Source: a bacterium
Lineage (GTDB): Bacteria > UBA8248 > JACPRG01 > G963555815
Length of the DNA: 64,000 nt
Direction of reading: 5' to 3'
NCBI GenBank assembly: GCA_965261595.1
Contig: CBDHDG010000002.1
Location: 128,001-192,000, forward strand
Shown here: one piece after another, positions 31,115-40,988 of the stretch
Position numbering within the stretch: the first letter of the stretch is position 1
Layout: every line of letters starts with the position of its first letter
The notes under the pieces: generated by a model
Seen by the model: the letters and a program-made list of their open reading frames with translations, nothing else
Databases searched by the model: none
Told to the model about the DNA's origin: nothing
Translations under genes and position numbers: made by a program

Positions 31115-31660
31115 ATGAAGACCTCAAGTCGAAGACTCTGGTGGGTGGTCGGGATCATCGGCCTTGCCCTGGCCTTGTGGTCCCTGTTCCCGACCTGGGT
31201 GCGGGTTTCCGCCGAATCTCTGATTGGCCGGCCGGCGCCGCCCATCCGGAGCAAGACGTGGATCAACTCCGCCCCCATCGAATGGTCCTCGCTTCGGGGA
31301 AAGGTCGTCCTGGTCGAGATGTGGACCTTCGGGTGAATCAACTGCCGGAATGAGATTCCGCAGTTGGCGGTCTGGCATAAGCAATACGCGAAACGCGGTT
31401 TGGTGATCATCGGCAATCACGCCCCCGAGTTCAGCCACGAGAAGAAGCTCGAAAACGTCCGGCGCGCGGTCAAGAGGCTGGGCGTGGAGTATCCGGTCTG
31501 CCTCGATAACGACTTCGCGAACTGGAAGGCCTCCCGGAACCGGTACTGGCCGACCCGGTACCTTGTCGATAAGAAGGGGGTCATCCGCTCCTTCCGGATC
31601 GGCGAGGGGGATCACGCGGCGACGGAGGCGATGATCGAGAGGCTGTTGGCGGAGAGTTGA
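31115..31660 (+). CDS. Membrane-anchored TlpA/DipZ-like redoxin, putative selenoprotein (UxxC)
   Basis: GGAGG RBS, N-terminal TM segment, LRGKVVLVEMWTFG-TGA(31334-31336)-INC...GNHAPEFSHEK...NRYWPT.YLVDK.G.IR...GEG. Confidence 0.9.
31339..31366 (+). promoter_or_regulatory. Candidate SECIS hairpin
   Basis: CAACTG-C-CGGAAT-GAG-ATTCCG-CAGTTG. Confidence 0.65.
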
Positions 31661-31753
31661 GTCCGGACCAGGGTCGAGGCCGGAGGGGGTTTCTCCCCCC
31701 TCCCCCTCCCCCTCCCCCCGAAGTCGAATCCGCCGGCTGGATGATCCGGCCGG

Positions 31754-31800
31754 AAATCCCGATGATTCGGAAGCCCCCGGATCATCGGGATTTTTTCTTT
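31754..31800 (+). terminator. Intrinsic terminator-like hairpin
   Basis: AAATCCCGATGATTCGG...CCGGATCATCGGGATTT followed by a T-tract, between convergent genes. Confidence 0.65.
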
Positions 31801-32156
31801 TTGCGTTTGGGGTTTCGCGGCCGTGCGGATTTGTATCCCTCCGCCCACTGGATTTCCACGGCTTTTTCCGCCCATTCGGCCAGGCGGTCCGGGTCTTCCA
31901 GGACATCGGCGGGCACCTCGTAATAGCTCTTGAGCGTCAACCTTTCGTTGGCCCGGAACGGCCCCATTCCTTGGGCGACGTATTCTTCCCGCGTGACCGC
32001 GTCGGTTTTGAAGTAGAGCCGGCCGTCGGATGAGATCAGGCCGAAGAAGGTCTCTCCCCGGTAGAGTCCGAACCCGCCGAACATGGGACGGGCGTGGACA
32101 TCGTTCATCCCATCCAACTGGTCCAGGACAAACCGACAGAAGTTTTCGTCCCTCAT
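31782..32156 (-). CDS. TfoX/Sxy N-terminal domain protein
   Basis: RPMFGGFGLY, LYFKTD and YYEVPADVLED. Confidence 0.88.
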   Translation of the reverse strand: MRDENFCRFVLDQLDGMNDVHARPMFGGFGLYRGETFFGLISSDGRLYFKTDAVTREEYVAQGMGPFRANERLTLKSYYEVPADVLEDPDRLAEWAEKAVEIQWAEGYKSARPRNPKRKKKKSR

Positions 32157-32182
32157 GGGCGGCGCTCGCTTCGCCGGAGGGA

Positions 32183-32614
32183 TTACACCGGGTTCTTGAG
32201 GCTGTCGAAGCCGCCCTGGAAAACGCCGTTGGCGACCACCCCGCAGATCTCTTCTTCGTTCTCCGGGGGGACGTCGAACTCCGCGGACCACTCGGCGAAC
32301 GTGCGGCCGCCGTCCGTGACGGGCAAAAGGCGCAGCGTGGAGACGTAGTTCTTGATCGGGAAAGGAGACTCGAGAATCGAGTATGTGCAGGATCGCTCCT
32401 CGTCCGAAAATGCCCGGAGCTCCTCGCGGATGACGGCGCCGTCCTCCAAGGTGAGCTTTCGTTTGCAGCCGGCCCGGTCCGCCGGCAGGTCGCCTTCGAT
32501 GATGCTTTCACGGAACGCGGGGTTCCACCCGGCAAGGTCGCCGAAGTCCCGAATGGTCGCCCACACCTGATCGACCGGCCTGTCGATGACTGCGCTGACG
32601 TAGACTTTTGCCAT
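32183..32614 (-). CDS. SRPBCC (polyketide cyclase/MxaD-like) protein
   Basis: VW..IRDFG.L..WNP, IREEL and TFAEWSAEFD. Confidence 0.85.
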   Translation of the reverse strand: MAKVYVSAVIDRPVDQVWATIRDFGDLAGWNPAFRESIIEGDLPADRAGCKRKLTLEDGAVIREELRAFSDEERSCTYSILESPFPIKNYVSTLRLLPVTDGGRTFAEWSAEFDVPPENEEEICGVVANGVFQGGFDSLKNPV

Positions 32615-32905
32615 TTCCGAATTCTCCTCTGAACCGAGCACTCCCCTGAGACCCTCCGCGGGCGACTGACGAAGGCGTTTTTCCGCGGTCTTCAATCCCG
32701 GACGGGGGTCAACCCCGGCATTGCGGCGAATGGGCGCATCCTAGCACGGCGGGCGCGAGAAAGCGGGTCAAAGCCAAATCCGGAAAGCCGACGAAGGTTC
32801 TTTGTTCTACATGGGGAACCACCCAAACCCAGAGATGTAGGCGCGGGGATGAGACGTGGGGGATTCCGTGTTGCGCCGGAAACCAACCCCACCTCCGGTC
32901 TCCCG

Positions 32906-33355
32906 TTACAGAACCCGATCGAGCCGGACCAACGTGCCGTTCCAGCCGTCGGCGTGGGCTTGGCGCGCTTCCTCCGTGGGAAGGAGCTCGTGCGTGACCG
33001 AGATTTCGGTCTGATCGCCTTCCCCCCGAAACTCGACCGTGACCAACGTCTCGCCGATGTCCATACCGCCCTCGGCCCACGACCAGGTGAACACCAGTTT
33101 CTCTCCGGGCGCGACTTCTTTGTACACGCCCGCGGTAGTGTTGCGGTTTCCGTCCGGCGACACCATCACAATCCGGTAGGCTCCGCCGACGCGCACGTCG
33201 GCCTCGGCGGTCGGGATTGTGAAGTCGTCGCTGGGCCCGAACCATCGTTTGAGCGCTTCCGGCTCGGCCCACGCCCGGTAAACCCGGTCCCGGGAGGCCA
33301 CGTATGTCCGTTGAAAGGTCAGGGCCTGAACAGATTCTACGTTGCCTGATGCCAT
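32906..33355 (-). CDS. SRPBCC/AHSA1 domain protein
   Basis: VYRAWAEPEALKRWFGP, DVRVGGAYR, LVFTWSW and H..GW. Confidence 0.88.
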   Translation of the reverse strand: MASGNVESVQALTFQRTYVASRDRVYRAWAEPEALKRWFGPSDDFTIPTAEADVRVGGAYRIVMVSPDGNRNTTAGVYKEVAPGEKLVFTWSWAEGGMDIGETLVTVEFRGEGDQTEISVTHELLPTEEARQAHADGWNGTLVRLDRVL

Positions 33356-33513
33356 GGGTTCTCCTCCTTTTTGTCCGTGAGGGTTCCCGTCCCATCGAGC
33401 CATTTCCTCATCTCTTCCGGTTCCGTCCACGCCCGGAAAATCCTTTCCCTCGGGGCCGGGAACGTCCGTTGGATGGAGACCGCGGTTTCGCGGGCGGTTT
33501 GTCCTCGGGGCAT
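33337..33513 (-). pseudogene. Truncated AHSA1/SRPBCC paralog fragment
   Basis: IQRTFPAPRERIFRAWTEPEEMRKW, after which similarity to the adjacent gene ends. Confidence 0.55.
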
Positions 33514-33881
33514 TGCGTTTCCCCCCCCCTCCCCCCCCCTCCCTCCTCCTCGTCTCGGGTGGTTTCCAGGTATTCGGCCAGGGCGTCCAGGCGCTTCTCC
33601 CAGAATCGGCTGTAACGTCGAATCCAATCGTCCGCGTCTTGCATGGGCTTCGCGTTCAACCGGCAGCGGTGAATCCGGCCGTCCCGCTCCCGCGATAGGA
33701 GGCCCGCCGTCTCCAGCACCCGTAAATGCTTCGAGATGGCGGGAAGCGATATCTTGAACGGCCGGGCCAGCGCCGTCACCGTGGACTCCCCCCGCGCGAG
33801 CCGCGTCAGGATCGCCCGCCGCGTCGGGTCGGCCAGCGCCGAAAATGTGATGTTCAGACGGTCTTGATTATATTTAACCAT
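33408..33881 (-). CDS. ArsR/SmtB-family regulator (C-terminus possibly run-on)
   Basis: FSALADPTRRAIL and SLPAISKHLRVLE.AGL. Confidence 0.9.
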   Translation of the reverse strand: MVKYNQDRLNITFSALADPTRRAILTRLARGESTVTALARPFKISLPAISKHLRVLETAGLLSRERDGRIHRCRLNAKPMQDADDWIRRYSRFWEKRLDALAEYLETTRDEEEGGGGRGGETQCPEDKPPAKPRSPSNGRSRPRGKGFSGRGRNRKR

Positions 33882-33889
33882 ATGGTTAA
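33874..33889. promoter_or_regulatory. Perfect 16-bp palindrome over the ArsR start codon (putative operator)
   Basis: TTAACCATATGGTTAA; TTGACG-N17-AATACT lies just upstream on the minus strand. Confidence 0.7.
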
Positions 33890-34116
33890 GTATTGGGCGT
33901 TTTGGGAGTGTCGTCAATGGGGTTTTTCTCAGGATGTGTTTCTTTTCCGGAAAACCTATGGTATGCGGTCGGAGCCGAAAGGGGACCTGAGCAGGGTCCG
34001 GGGGGGTTGGGTTCCGGCCGCCGTATGGAAGGTCGAACACGGAAATCTTGACGGGCCTTGCCCGTTGGGCGGTTTTCGCGGGGCACCTGAATCCCGCCGC
34101 GGTGGAGGCGATAGAG

Positions 34117-35181
34117 ATGAAGCAAGTCGTGCTTGGCGGGATGGCCCTTCTCTTGGCGGCCGTCCCGGCGCGGGCGGACCTGAAGGCCGGACTGGAGGCC
34201 CTCCGGCGAGGCGGCTACGAATTCGCCCTCTCGGAATTGACGCCTTTGGCCGAGTCGGGAAGCGCCGAAGCCCAATTTCACCTCGGTGAGCTGCACCGTC
34301 ATGGAGAAGGCGTGCGGAAAGACATGGCCGTGGCGGCCGGCTGGTATCGGAAAGCGGCGGAGCAGGGGCACGCCGGCGCCCAATATCGACTAGGCTACAT
34401 GCTCGCCGAGGGTTGGGGCGTGCCCCAGGATTACATAGAAGGGGCCAAGTGGTACAGATTGGCCGCGGAGCAGGGACATACCAGCGCCCATCTCCGACTT
34501 TCGAGCCTCTATCACATCGGCCTGGGCGTGCCGCAGGACTATCGGGAAGCGGCCAAGTGGGTCCGGAAAATTGCGGAGAAGGGGGTCACCGGGGCGGAGT
34601 TTCAATTGGGACACATGTATCACAGAGGCGAAGGCCTGCCGCGGGACCATGCGTTGGCGTTGCGGTGGTATCGAAAGGCGGCCCGGAAGGGGCACACCGC
34701 CGCCGAAGGACGCCTCGGCTTGATGTGCGAAAATGGATGGGCGGTGCGGCGGGACTTCACCGCGGCGGTGAAATGGTACGGCAAGGCCGCCGAGAAGGGG
34801 GAGAGCGGGGCCCAGGTGGATTTGGGCCGCATGTTCGCCCATGGCCTGGGCGTGTCGAGGGATTACACCGAGGCCGTGAAGTGGTTCCGGAAGGCGGCCG
34901 TCAATCGGCGTGACGCACGCGCCCAATATCACCTTGGCTTCATGTATGCCGCCGGTCTGGGTGTGCCGAGGGATCTGGACCAGGCCATCCATTGGTTTCA
35001 AAAGGCGGCCAGGCAGAGGTTCGCGTACGCCAACGTTTACCTTGGCCTTCTGTACGCCGCTCGCCGGGGTCTTTTCGGGCGGGCGAACCTCGATGCCCTG
35101 CGCTCCCGCGCGGGCGCCCCGGAGGTTGTGGAATATTGCGAGAGGCGTTGGTGCGCCCCAGGTCGTCGGCCGGATCGATGA
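34117..35181 (+). CDS. Secreted Sel1-repeat protein
   Basis: Signal peptide and about 7 repeats of AQ..LG.MY..G.GV..D...A..WYRKAA.QG. Confidence 0.92.
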   Translation: MKQVVLGGMALLLAAVPARADLKAGLEALRRGGYEFALSELTPLAESGSAEAQFHLGELHRHGEGVRKDMAVAAGWYRKAAEQGHAGAQYRLGYMLAEGWGVPQDYIEGAKWYRLAAEQGHTSAHLRLSSLYHIGLGVPQDYREAAKWVRKIAEKGVTGAEFQLGHMYHRGEGLPRDHALALRWYRKAARKGHTAAEGRLGLMCENGWAVRRDFTAAVKWYGKAAEKGESGAQVDLGRMFAHGLGVSRDYTEAVKWFRKAAVNRRDARAQYHLGFMYAAGLGVPRDLDQAIHWFQKAARQRFAYANVYLGLLYAARRGLFGRANLDALRSRAGAPEVVEYCERRWCAPGRRPDR

Positions 35182-35208
35182 TCGGCCTCACCCCGGGCAG
35201 TCCCGTTC

Positions 35209-36240
35209 TCAGCGAAGGCCGCCGCCGAGAACCGCTTCGAGCGCCTCCTCCACGTCGATGGCCGCCAAACATGTGTGGCCAGCCCGCTCGCCCCGGGTGC
35301 AGGCGGCGCAGCCGGCGTTGCGGCGGAGGATCACCACACGCTCGCCACGCGGTCCCCAAACCGCCGGTTGCGTCGGCCCGAACAGGGCGACGGTGTTCGC
35401 GCCGCACGCGGCGGCCAGGTGAGTGACGCCCGAGTCGCTTCCCACGTAACCCCCCGCCCTCCTGAGCACCCCGGCGAGGGCCGGCAGGGGAGGGGATTGC
35501 AGGATTTTCAAAAAGGCCCCGCGTGTCAATTGCTGCACCGCCTTTCCCGTCTCTTCTTCGGCCGGACCGAGGAGCCAGACCACCTCTCCCTCCGCCGCCA
35601 GATCCTCCGCAAGGCGGACGAAACAGGACGGAGGCCAGCGCTTCCACCCTCCGCCGCTCCCTGGGTGGAGGACGAAATACGGGTCGTCCGCCCCGATCCC
35701 CAACCGGCTCAACAAACGGCGCGCATCGCGGAGATTTTCGGCCGTCGGACGAATCTCAGGGGCTTCCGGGCCGTCCGATGGCGGGAGTGCGCCCAAGGGC
35801 TTCAGACCCGCCAGAAGGTAATCCACGGCATGGACGGGGCGGGATGAGGCGGGCGGGTGGGGGTCCGCCCGGATGACTTTCCTTGCGAGGACGCCCAGGT
35901 TTTTCTCGAACGCTTCGTCACCGGGAGTCCAGGCGACGACGAGGTCATACGGGGCGTCGCGGGAGAATGCCCGGAAGATTTCCTCCGGGTCGGCGTCTTC
36001 GCGCCTCAGGAGCGAAAGCGCGGGGCCGTCGGCGGAGCGAAGGCGGGGACCGGCGAGGCCAAGCGGCATCACGGGAAGGACGGCGGGGTTTCCCACCCAC
36101 TCAATTCGGGAGGGGGAGGGGGGGGGGAAATGTCGGGCCGCAGCGGCTGCGGCCGGGAGCGCCAACAGCGTGTCGCCCAGTCCCCCGCCCCGGAGGATCA
36201 GGATGTCCCCGGCCGGGCTTTCCATCTCTACGTCATTCAA
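35209..36240 (-). CDS. Glycosyltransferase family 9 (heptosyltransferase-like)
   Basis: GGLGDTLL, HPGSGG.WKRWP, GSDSGVTHLAAA and LFGPT. Confidence 0.9.
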   Translation of the reverse strand: MNDVEMESPAGDILILRGGGLGDTLLALPAAAAAARHFPPPSPSRIEWVGNPAVLPVMPLGLAGPRLRSADGPALSLLRREDADPEEIFRAFSRDAPYDLVVAWTPGDEAFEKNLGVLARKVIRADPHPPASSRPVHAVDYLLAGLKPLGALPPSDGPEAPEIRPTAENLRDARRLLSRLGIGADDPYFVLHPGSGGGWKRWPPSCFVRLAEDLAAEGEVVWLLGPAEEETGKAVQQLTRGAFLKILQSPPLPALAGVLRRAGGYVGSDSGVTHLAAACGANTVALFGPTQPAVWGPRGERVVILRRNAGCAACTRGERAGHTCLAAIDVEEALEAVLGGGLR

Positions 36241-36266
36241 GTCTCAGGCCCGTTCCGGCGGAGCGC

Positions 36267-37715
36267 TCACGCCTGGGACGCGAACCTCGGGCGCAGGAGG
36301 CACACGACGAATCCAACGGACGCGAGGACGAAGAGAGAAAACTCGATCGCCTTCTCCCGGATTTCGATGACACCCTTTTGCGTTAAATAGGCAAGCGTAT
36401 TGATCTTGCCACTGAGGTACGCGATTTCCAATCGGGTCCGCCGGTCAAACGCCTTCGGCAGCCCGGCCGCGGCCGCCGGGGTTGGGGTCCGGTACAGGGT
36501 CGCCGCGCGCTCGAAGTTCTGAAGCGCCTCTTTCAGGTTTCGCTCGCGCATCGTGCCGTTCACTTGTTTGAGGGCGGTCGCGAGATCGTAGTGCAGCCGC
36601 GCGTCGCCGGGCGTCCATCCAATGGCTTCCTTGAACGCTCCCGCCGCCTTCAGGTAGTCCGCCCTGGCCAGGTAGATGTTGCCGATTTCCCGGGCCTTCG
36701 CCCCTCGCGCCTGCCGGTAGGCAAGCCGAGTCTCGTCAAATTTGTCAAGTCCCAACTTGATGCGCCGGCGGAAGGACGCCCGCTCTTTGCCCGCAAAAGA
36801 AGCCGCGCGTTGATTGAAGAGGGCGTCGGCCCTTCGGAAGTATTTGAGGGCCTCCTTTTCACGGCCCTTCAGTTGGCTATAGGCGTCGCCGATGCGAATG
36901 TGAATCCGCGGGTTGTCCGGGGCGTAGCGCAGGGCCTTCTTGTATAGAACGACTGCCTTATCGAACCACTCGCCCTGGGCGTGGTATTCCCCGAGGGTGA
37001 AGAAATTTTGAATCAGCTTCCTGCGGGGGCGCTCGTACGCGGGCGCGACCTCGAGGGCGCGGTTCAGCAGGCGCAAGCCCCCCTTGAGATTATCGCTAAT
37101 CCTTTCCTCCCCGAGCCGCGTCTGCTCCCGGGCCAAGATCAACCGCGCTTCGGGGTCCTTGGGAATTTTCATCTTTCCGTTTTGAAGGGGCGTTCTTTCG
37201 GAGTCCGACCCCGGCGCCCCCGCGTCCGCCGCAACCAGCGGGCCGAGCAGGTTGAAAAGCGCCTCTTTGGGGTTTGAAGGGTTCAGGTTCGCGATCTTCC
37301 GGAGGATGTCGGTCGTCAGCGGGAGACGCTTCAGGGCCTTCAGATAAGTCTCGCGGGCCCGGCCCCTCATGTGAAGGCTTTGGTAATGGCGGCCGAGGAG
37401 CAAGTACGCGATGGCCTCATCGGAGCAGGCGGCGATGGCCTTGCGGATGAGGTTCTCCCGCACGCCGGCCTCGGCGGCGCCCTCCGCCGCGGTCAGGTAA
37501 ATCTCTCCCGACTTCGGGCAGATGTTCTCCTCCGAGGCCCGGGCGAGCCCTGATCCCATCCAGAGTCCCAACAGGGCCGCCGCGAGGCGATAGGACCGGC
37601 GGTTCAACAATCCGCGATTTCTTGACATCGCGTTGGGGTTGAAGCGCCGACATCGCCGCGTCACCCGGCGGGGCTTCCGGCTCATTCGGTTCTTTTGGGG
37701 CGGTGTGAATTCCAT
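36267..37715 (-). CDS. TPR-repeat membrane protein
   Basis: Helical TPR-like repeats, signal-like N-terminus and C-terminal TM segment. Confidence 0.65.
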   Translation of the reverse strand: MEFTPPQKNRMSRKPRRVTRRCRRFNPNAMSRNRGLLNRRSYRLAAALLGLWMGSGLARASEENICPKSGEIYLTAAEGAAEAGVRENLIRKAIAACSDEAIAYLLLGRHYQSLHMRGRARETYLKALKRLPLTTDILRKIANLNPSNPKEALFNLLGPLVAADAGAPGSDSERTPLQNGKMKIPKDPEARLILAREQTRLGEERISDNLKGGLRLLNRALEVAPAYERPRRKLIQNFFTLGEYHAQGEWFDKAVVLYKKALRYAPDNPRIHIRIGDAYSQLKGREKEALKYFRRADALFNQRAASFAGKERASFRRRIKLGLDKFDETRLAYRQARGAKAREIGNIYLARADYLKAAGAFKEAIGWTPGDARLHYDLATALKQVNGTMRERNLKEALQNFERAATLYRTPTPAAAAGLPKAFDRRTRLEIAYLSGKINTLAYLTQKGVIEIREKAIEFSLFVLASVGFVVCLLRPRFASQA

Positions 37716-38254
37716 CCGGCTTCATTTCAAGGAAAGGTTCAACGGCCGCTTCTGGAATAAAGATTGCGGATTCCCCCCCCTTCCGCATCCGACGAGGGGG
37801 ATGAATGATTATTGTCGCGCGATTCGATAACCTCCATCTTATCGAGGATTTAACAAAATCTTACACCGCCCCGGCAGGCCCCGCAAGGCGCGGGCTTGTC
37901 TCGACGGTTCCGTTGAGAGACGGGCGTTGCGGATCCCCCGAAGTCCGTGGACGGCGCCCCCGGCCGGCCAGGGGGGGGCCGGGAAAGGGATCGGTGGGCC
38001 GTTGAGGTGTGAAAGTCGGCAAGCCGCCGCCGAAACGGTCCTGAGCGGCCCCGGGTTGTCAATCTGAGCTCTTTACCTATGGGGAGTGCGGCGTCTTGCC
38101 CGCCATCCGCGCAAGGGCCTGTTGACATCTATGGCCATGAAAAATGTGGTACAAAGAGCGGGAGTGGATGCGGGTCGGCCGGCGGGCCGCCGGGTCCGTT
38201 CGGGCATGAGCCGGAATTCATCCGGCATGGCGCATCCGGGATTGAGGTGATTTT

Positions 38255-40561
38255 ATGGAAGGACTCATCGGAAAATCGGTCCCCCGCGTGGACGGACGCG
38301 AAAAGGCCACGGGGCGGCTCGGGTTTGTGAGCGATTACCTGCCGCCCAAGGCCCTCATCGGGAAGATCTTCCGGAGTCCGATCCCCCACGGACGCATCGT
38401 GCGGCTGGACCTGGAAGACGCCCGCAAGGCGCCGGGCGTGCGCTTGGTGATGGGGTTCGAGGACGCGCCGCGGCATCGATACAACCCCATCTATAACCAG
38501 CAGAACCCCCATTCTGACGTACAGGTCAAGGACGAATTCATCCTGGACGACACCCTCCGCTACATCGGCCAGCCCGTCGCGCTGGTCGTGGCGGAAACCG
38601 AGGATCAGGCCGTGGGGGCCTTCTCGGCCATCCATCTCGAGTGCGAGCCGCTTCCGGCGGTCTTCGACCTGGAAAGCGCCCTGCAGCCGGACGCGCCCGT
38701 GGTCAGGCCGGAGGGGGAGGGAAACATCAGCTTCGGGTTGCGCGACGCCGACCGGCCCATTTACCTGGGCCGGGGCGACGTGGAAAAGGGGTTTGCCGAG
38801 GCGGACGTGGTCTTCGAGGACGAATGGTCCACCCAACGGGTGAACCAGGCGCCCCTGGAGACCCATGTGATCTGCTGCTGGCCCGAGGCGGGGGACCGGG
38901 TGGCGGTCTATTCGACGACGCAGGCCATCTTCGGGCTGCGCGCCCGGTTGTCGGAGGCCACGGGCCTTCCCCTCTCGACGTTTCGCGTCATCCGGCCCGT
39001 GCTGGGCGGCGGTTTCGGCAAGGGGCTGGACCTGGTCGTGAACGAGCCCCTTTGCGCCCTGGCCGCAATGAGGCTGAATCGTCCCGTCCGGATCACTTCC
39101 ACCCCTGAGGAAGAGTTTACGCGGACCGCGAGACACCCCTCCCGGATGTGGGTGAAGACAGGCCTCAAGAAGGACGGCGCCCTGACCGCGCGGCACATGA
39201 GGGCCTGGATGGACTGCGGCGCTTCGGCCAATCACGGGCCTTCGGTCGTCCTGGTGGGCGGCAACATCTTCGTCGGGGCCTACAAGACGCCCCATCATCT
39301 TTTCGAAGGCTTCGCCGTGTACACCAACAACTTCCCCTCGGGCGCGATGCGGGGCTACGGCGCGGTTCAGACCAACTTCGCCGTCGAGTGCCACATGAGC
39401 CGGATTGCCGACGAGATGGGCTTCGACCCGTTCGAGTTCCGGGTGAAGAACTCCTATGAAGCGGGAGACATCTCGCCGATGACCGATCTGAAAATCAACT
39501 CCTGCGGGTTGTCCGAATGCGCCGGCCGGGCCCGGACGCTCATTGGATGGGATGATCCGAAGACGCGGACGCCCCTGGGCCCGAGCGTCAAGGTGGGCGT
39601 GGGTCTGGCCTTCTGCGGGATGAAGAACTCGGGGGTGCACACCGGCAAAGACCTGGCGGAGAAGGTGATCGAGTACTGCGGGGCGATCGTGAAGGCCAAC
39701 GAGGACGGAACCGTCGGCCTCAACATCGCCTCGATCGAGCAAGGCGGGGGGCAGGCGACCGCTTTGAGCCAGATCGTGGCCGACGCCTTGGGCGTGCCCC
39801 TGGAGCACGTCACCGTGGTTCCCAACGATTCGGACTCGGCCCCCTTCGACGCGCCGACGCACGCCAGCCGCATCACGTTCGCCGCCGGCCATTCCGCCCG
39901 TCTGGCCGCTTTGGACGCGCGGGAGCAGATCCTGGAAGCCGCCGGACGGATGATGGACGTGAATCCCGGGGACCTTGAGATATCCGGGGGCGTTGTCTCC
40001 TCCCGGAATTCATCCGGGAAATCCCTCAGCGTGGGGGAAATCGTCGAGACCGCCCATTACAAGGAAATGATTTCGATCATCGGAAAGGCGACGACCCAGC
40101 CGCCGGGCAACCCGCCGGCCTTCGGCGTCCAGTGCGTCAAGGTGGCGGTGGATGAGGAGACCGGGGAGGTCGAGATTCTCGACATGTCGGACGTGCATGA
40201 CATCGGGCGGGTGGTGAACCCGCTTGGGGCGGCCGGACAGGTGGAGGGCGCCTTCGCCCAGGGGATCGGCCTCGCCGTCAGCGAGCACCTTGTCATCAAC
40301 GGGGCCTCCGGGACCGTGGAGAACGCCCAGTTCGGGGATTATAAAATACCCACGACACTGGACGTGCCGCTGAGCCGGGTCGGGTTCGCCGAGGGGGATG
40401 AATCCTTGCAGTCGGAGATGAAAGGGGTTTCGGAGACGACGATGAACTCCCCGGCCGCGGCGATCGCGAACGCGGTGTACGACGCCGTGGGCGTGCGGGT
40501 TCACGACTTGCCGATTACGCCTGAGAAGATCCTCGAAGGACTTCGGGGCCGCTCCGGCTGA
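38255..40561 (+). CDS. Xanthine dehydrogenase-family molybdopterin-binding subunit
   Basis: PRVDG.EKATG, RSPIPHGRI, LGGGFGK, AMRGYG, GQVEG...QG.G and KGVSE. Confidence 0.93.
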   Translation: MEGLIGKSVPRVDGREKATGRLGFVSDYLPPKALIGKIFRSPIPHGRIVRLDLEDARKAPGVRLVMGFEDAPRHRYNPIYNQQNPHSDVQVKDEFILDDTLRYIGQPVALVVAETEDQAVGAFSAIHLECEPLPAVFDLESALQPDAPVVRPEGEGNISFGLRDADRPIYLGRGDVEKGFAEADVVFEDEWSTQRVNQAPLETHVICCWPEAGDRVAVYSTTQAIFGLRARLSEATGLPLSTFRVIRPVLGGGFGKGLDLVVNEPLCALAAMRLNRPVRITSTPEEEFTRTARHPSRMWVKTGLKKDGALTARHMRAWMDCGASANHGPSVVLVGGNIFVGAYKTPHHLFEGFAVYTNNFPSGAMRGYGAVQTNFAVECHMSRIADEMGFDPFEFRVKNSYEAGDISPMTDLKINSCGLSECAGRARTLIGWDDPKTRTPLGPSVKVGVGLAFCGMKNSGVHTGKDLAEKVIEYCGAIVKANEDGTVGLNIASIEQGGGQATALSQIVADALGVPLEHVTVVPNDSDSAPFDAPTHASRITFAAGHSARLAALDAREQILEAAGRMMDVNPGDLEISGGVVSSRNSSGKSLSVGEIVETAHYKEMISIIGKATTQPPGNPPAFGVQCVKVAVDEETGEVEILDMSDVHDIGRVVNPLGAAGQVEGAFAQGIGLAVSEHLVINGASGTVENAQFGDYKIPTTLDVPLSRVGFAEGDESLQSEMKGVSETTMNSPAAAIANAVYDAVGVRVHDLPITPEKILEGLRGRSG

Positions 40562-40579
40562 GGGGCCGGAAGCCATCGC

Positions 40580-40978
40580 CTAGAGCGCGACGTAGACGTC
40601 CCCGTCCCGGATCGTCACCTCGAATGTCCGCAGCCGCACCTTCCCGTTCGTCGGGAGGGCGCCGGTTTCAAGGTCGTACTCGTATCCGTGCCACGGGCAG
40701 ACGATGTGAACCCGGTCGGCCGAATACTTGAAGCCGGCGCTGGTCCCGTCCGGGGCCAAATCCTCTTCCACCCTTTTGAAAATCCGGCCTTGGCAGACGG
40801 GACCGCCCTGGTGGGCGCAGTGGTTTTCGTAGGCGAAGAAGCGCCCCTTGATCCGAAACACGCCGATCTCCAGACCGTCGTGGTCGATGACCTTTCGGCC
40901 GCCCTCGTCGAACTCGGCCTCGTTTCCCACGTAGAGCTCGGGCACGCCGGGTTCCTCCGCTTTCGGTTTGCCGATCAA
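40580..40978 (-). CDS. Rieske [2Fe-2S] ferredoxin
   Basis: CAHQGG...CPWHG motif. Confidence 0.92.
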   Translation of the reverse strand: MIGKPKAEEPGVPELYVGNEAEFDEGGRKVIDHDGLEIGVFRIKGRFFAYENHCAHQGGPVCQGRIFKRVEEDLAPDGTSAGFKYSADRVHIVCPWHGYEYDLETGALPTNGKVRLRTFEVTIRDGDVYVAL

Positions 40979-40988
40979 GGCGGGTCGG

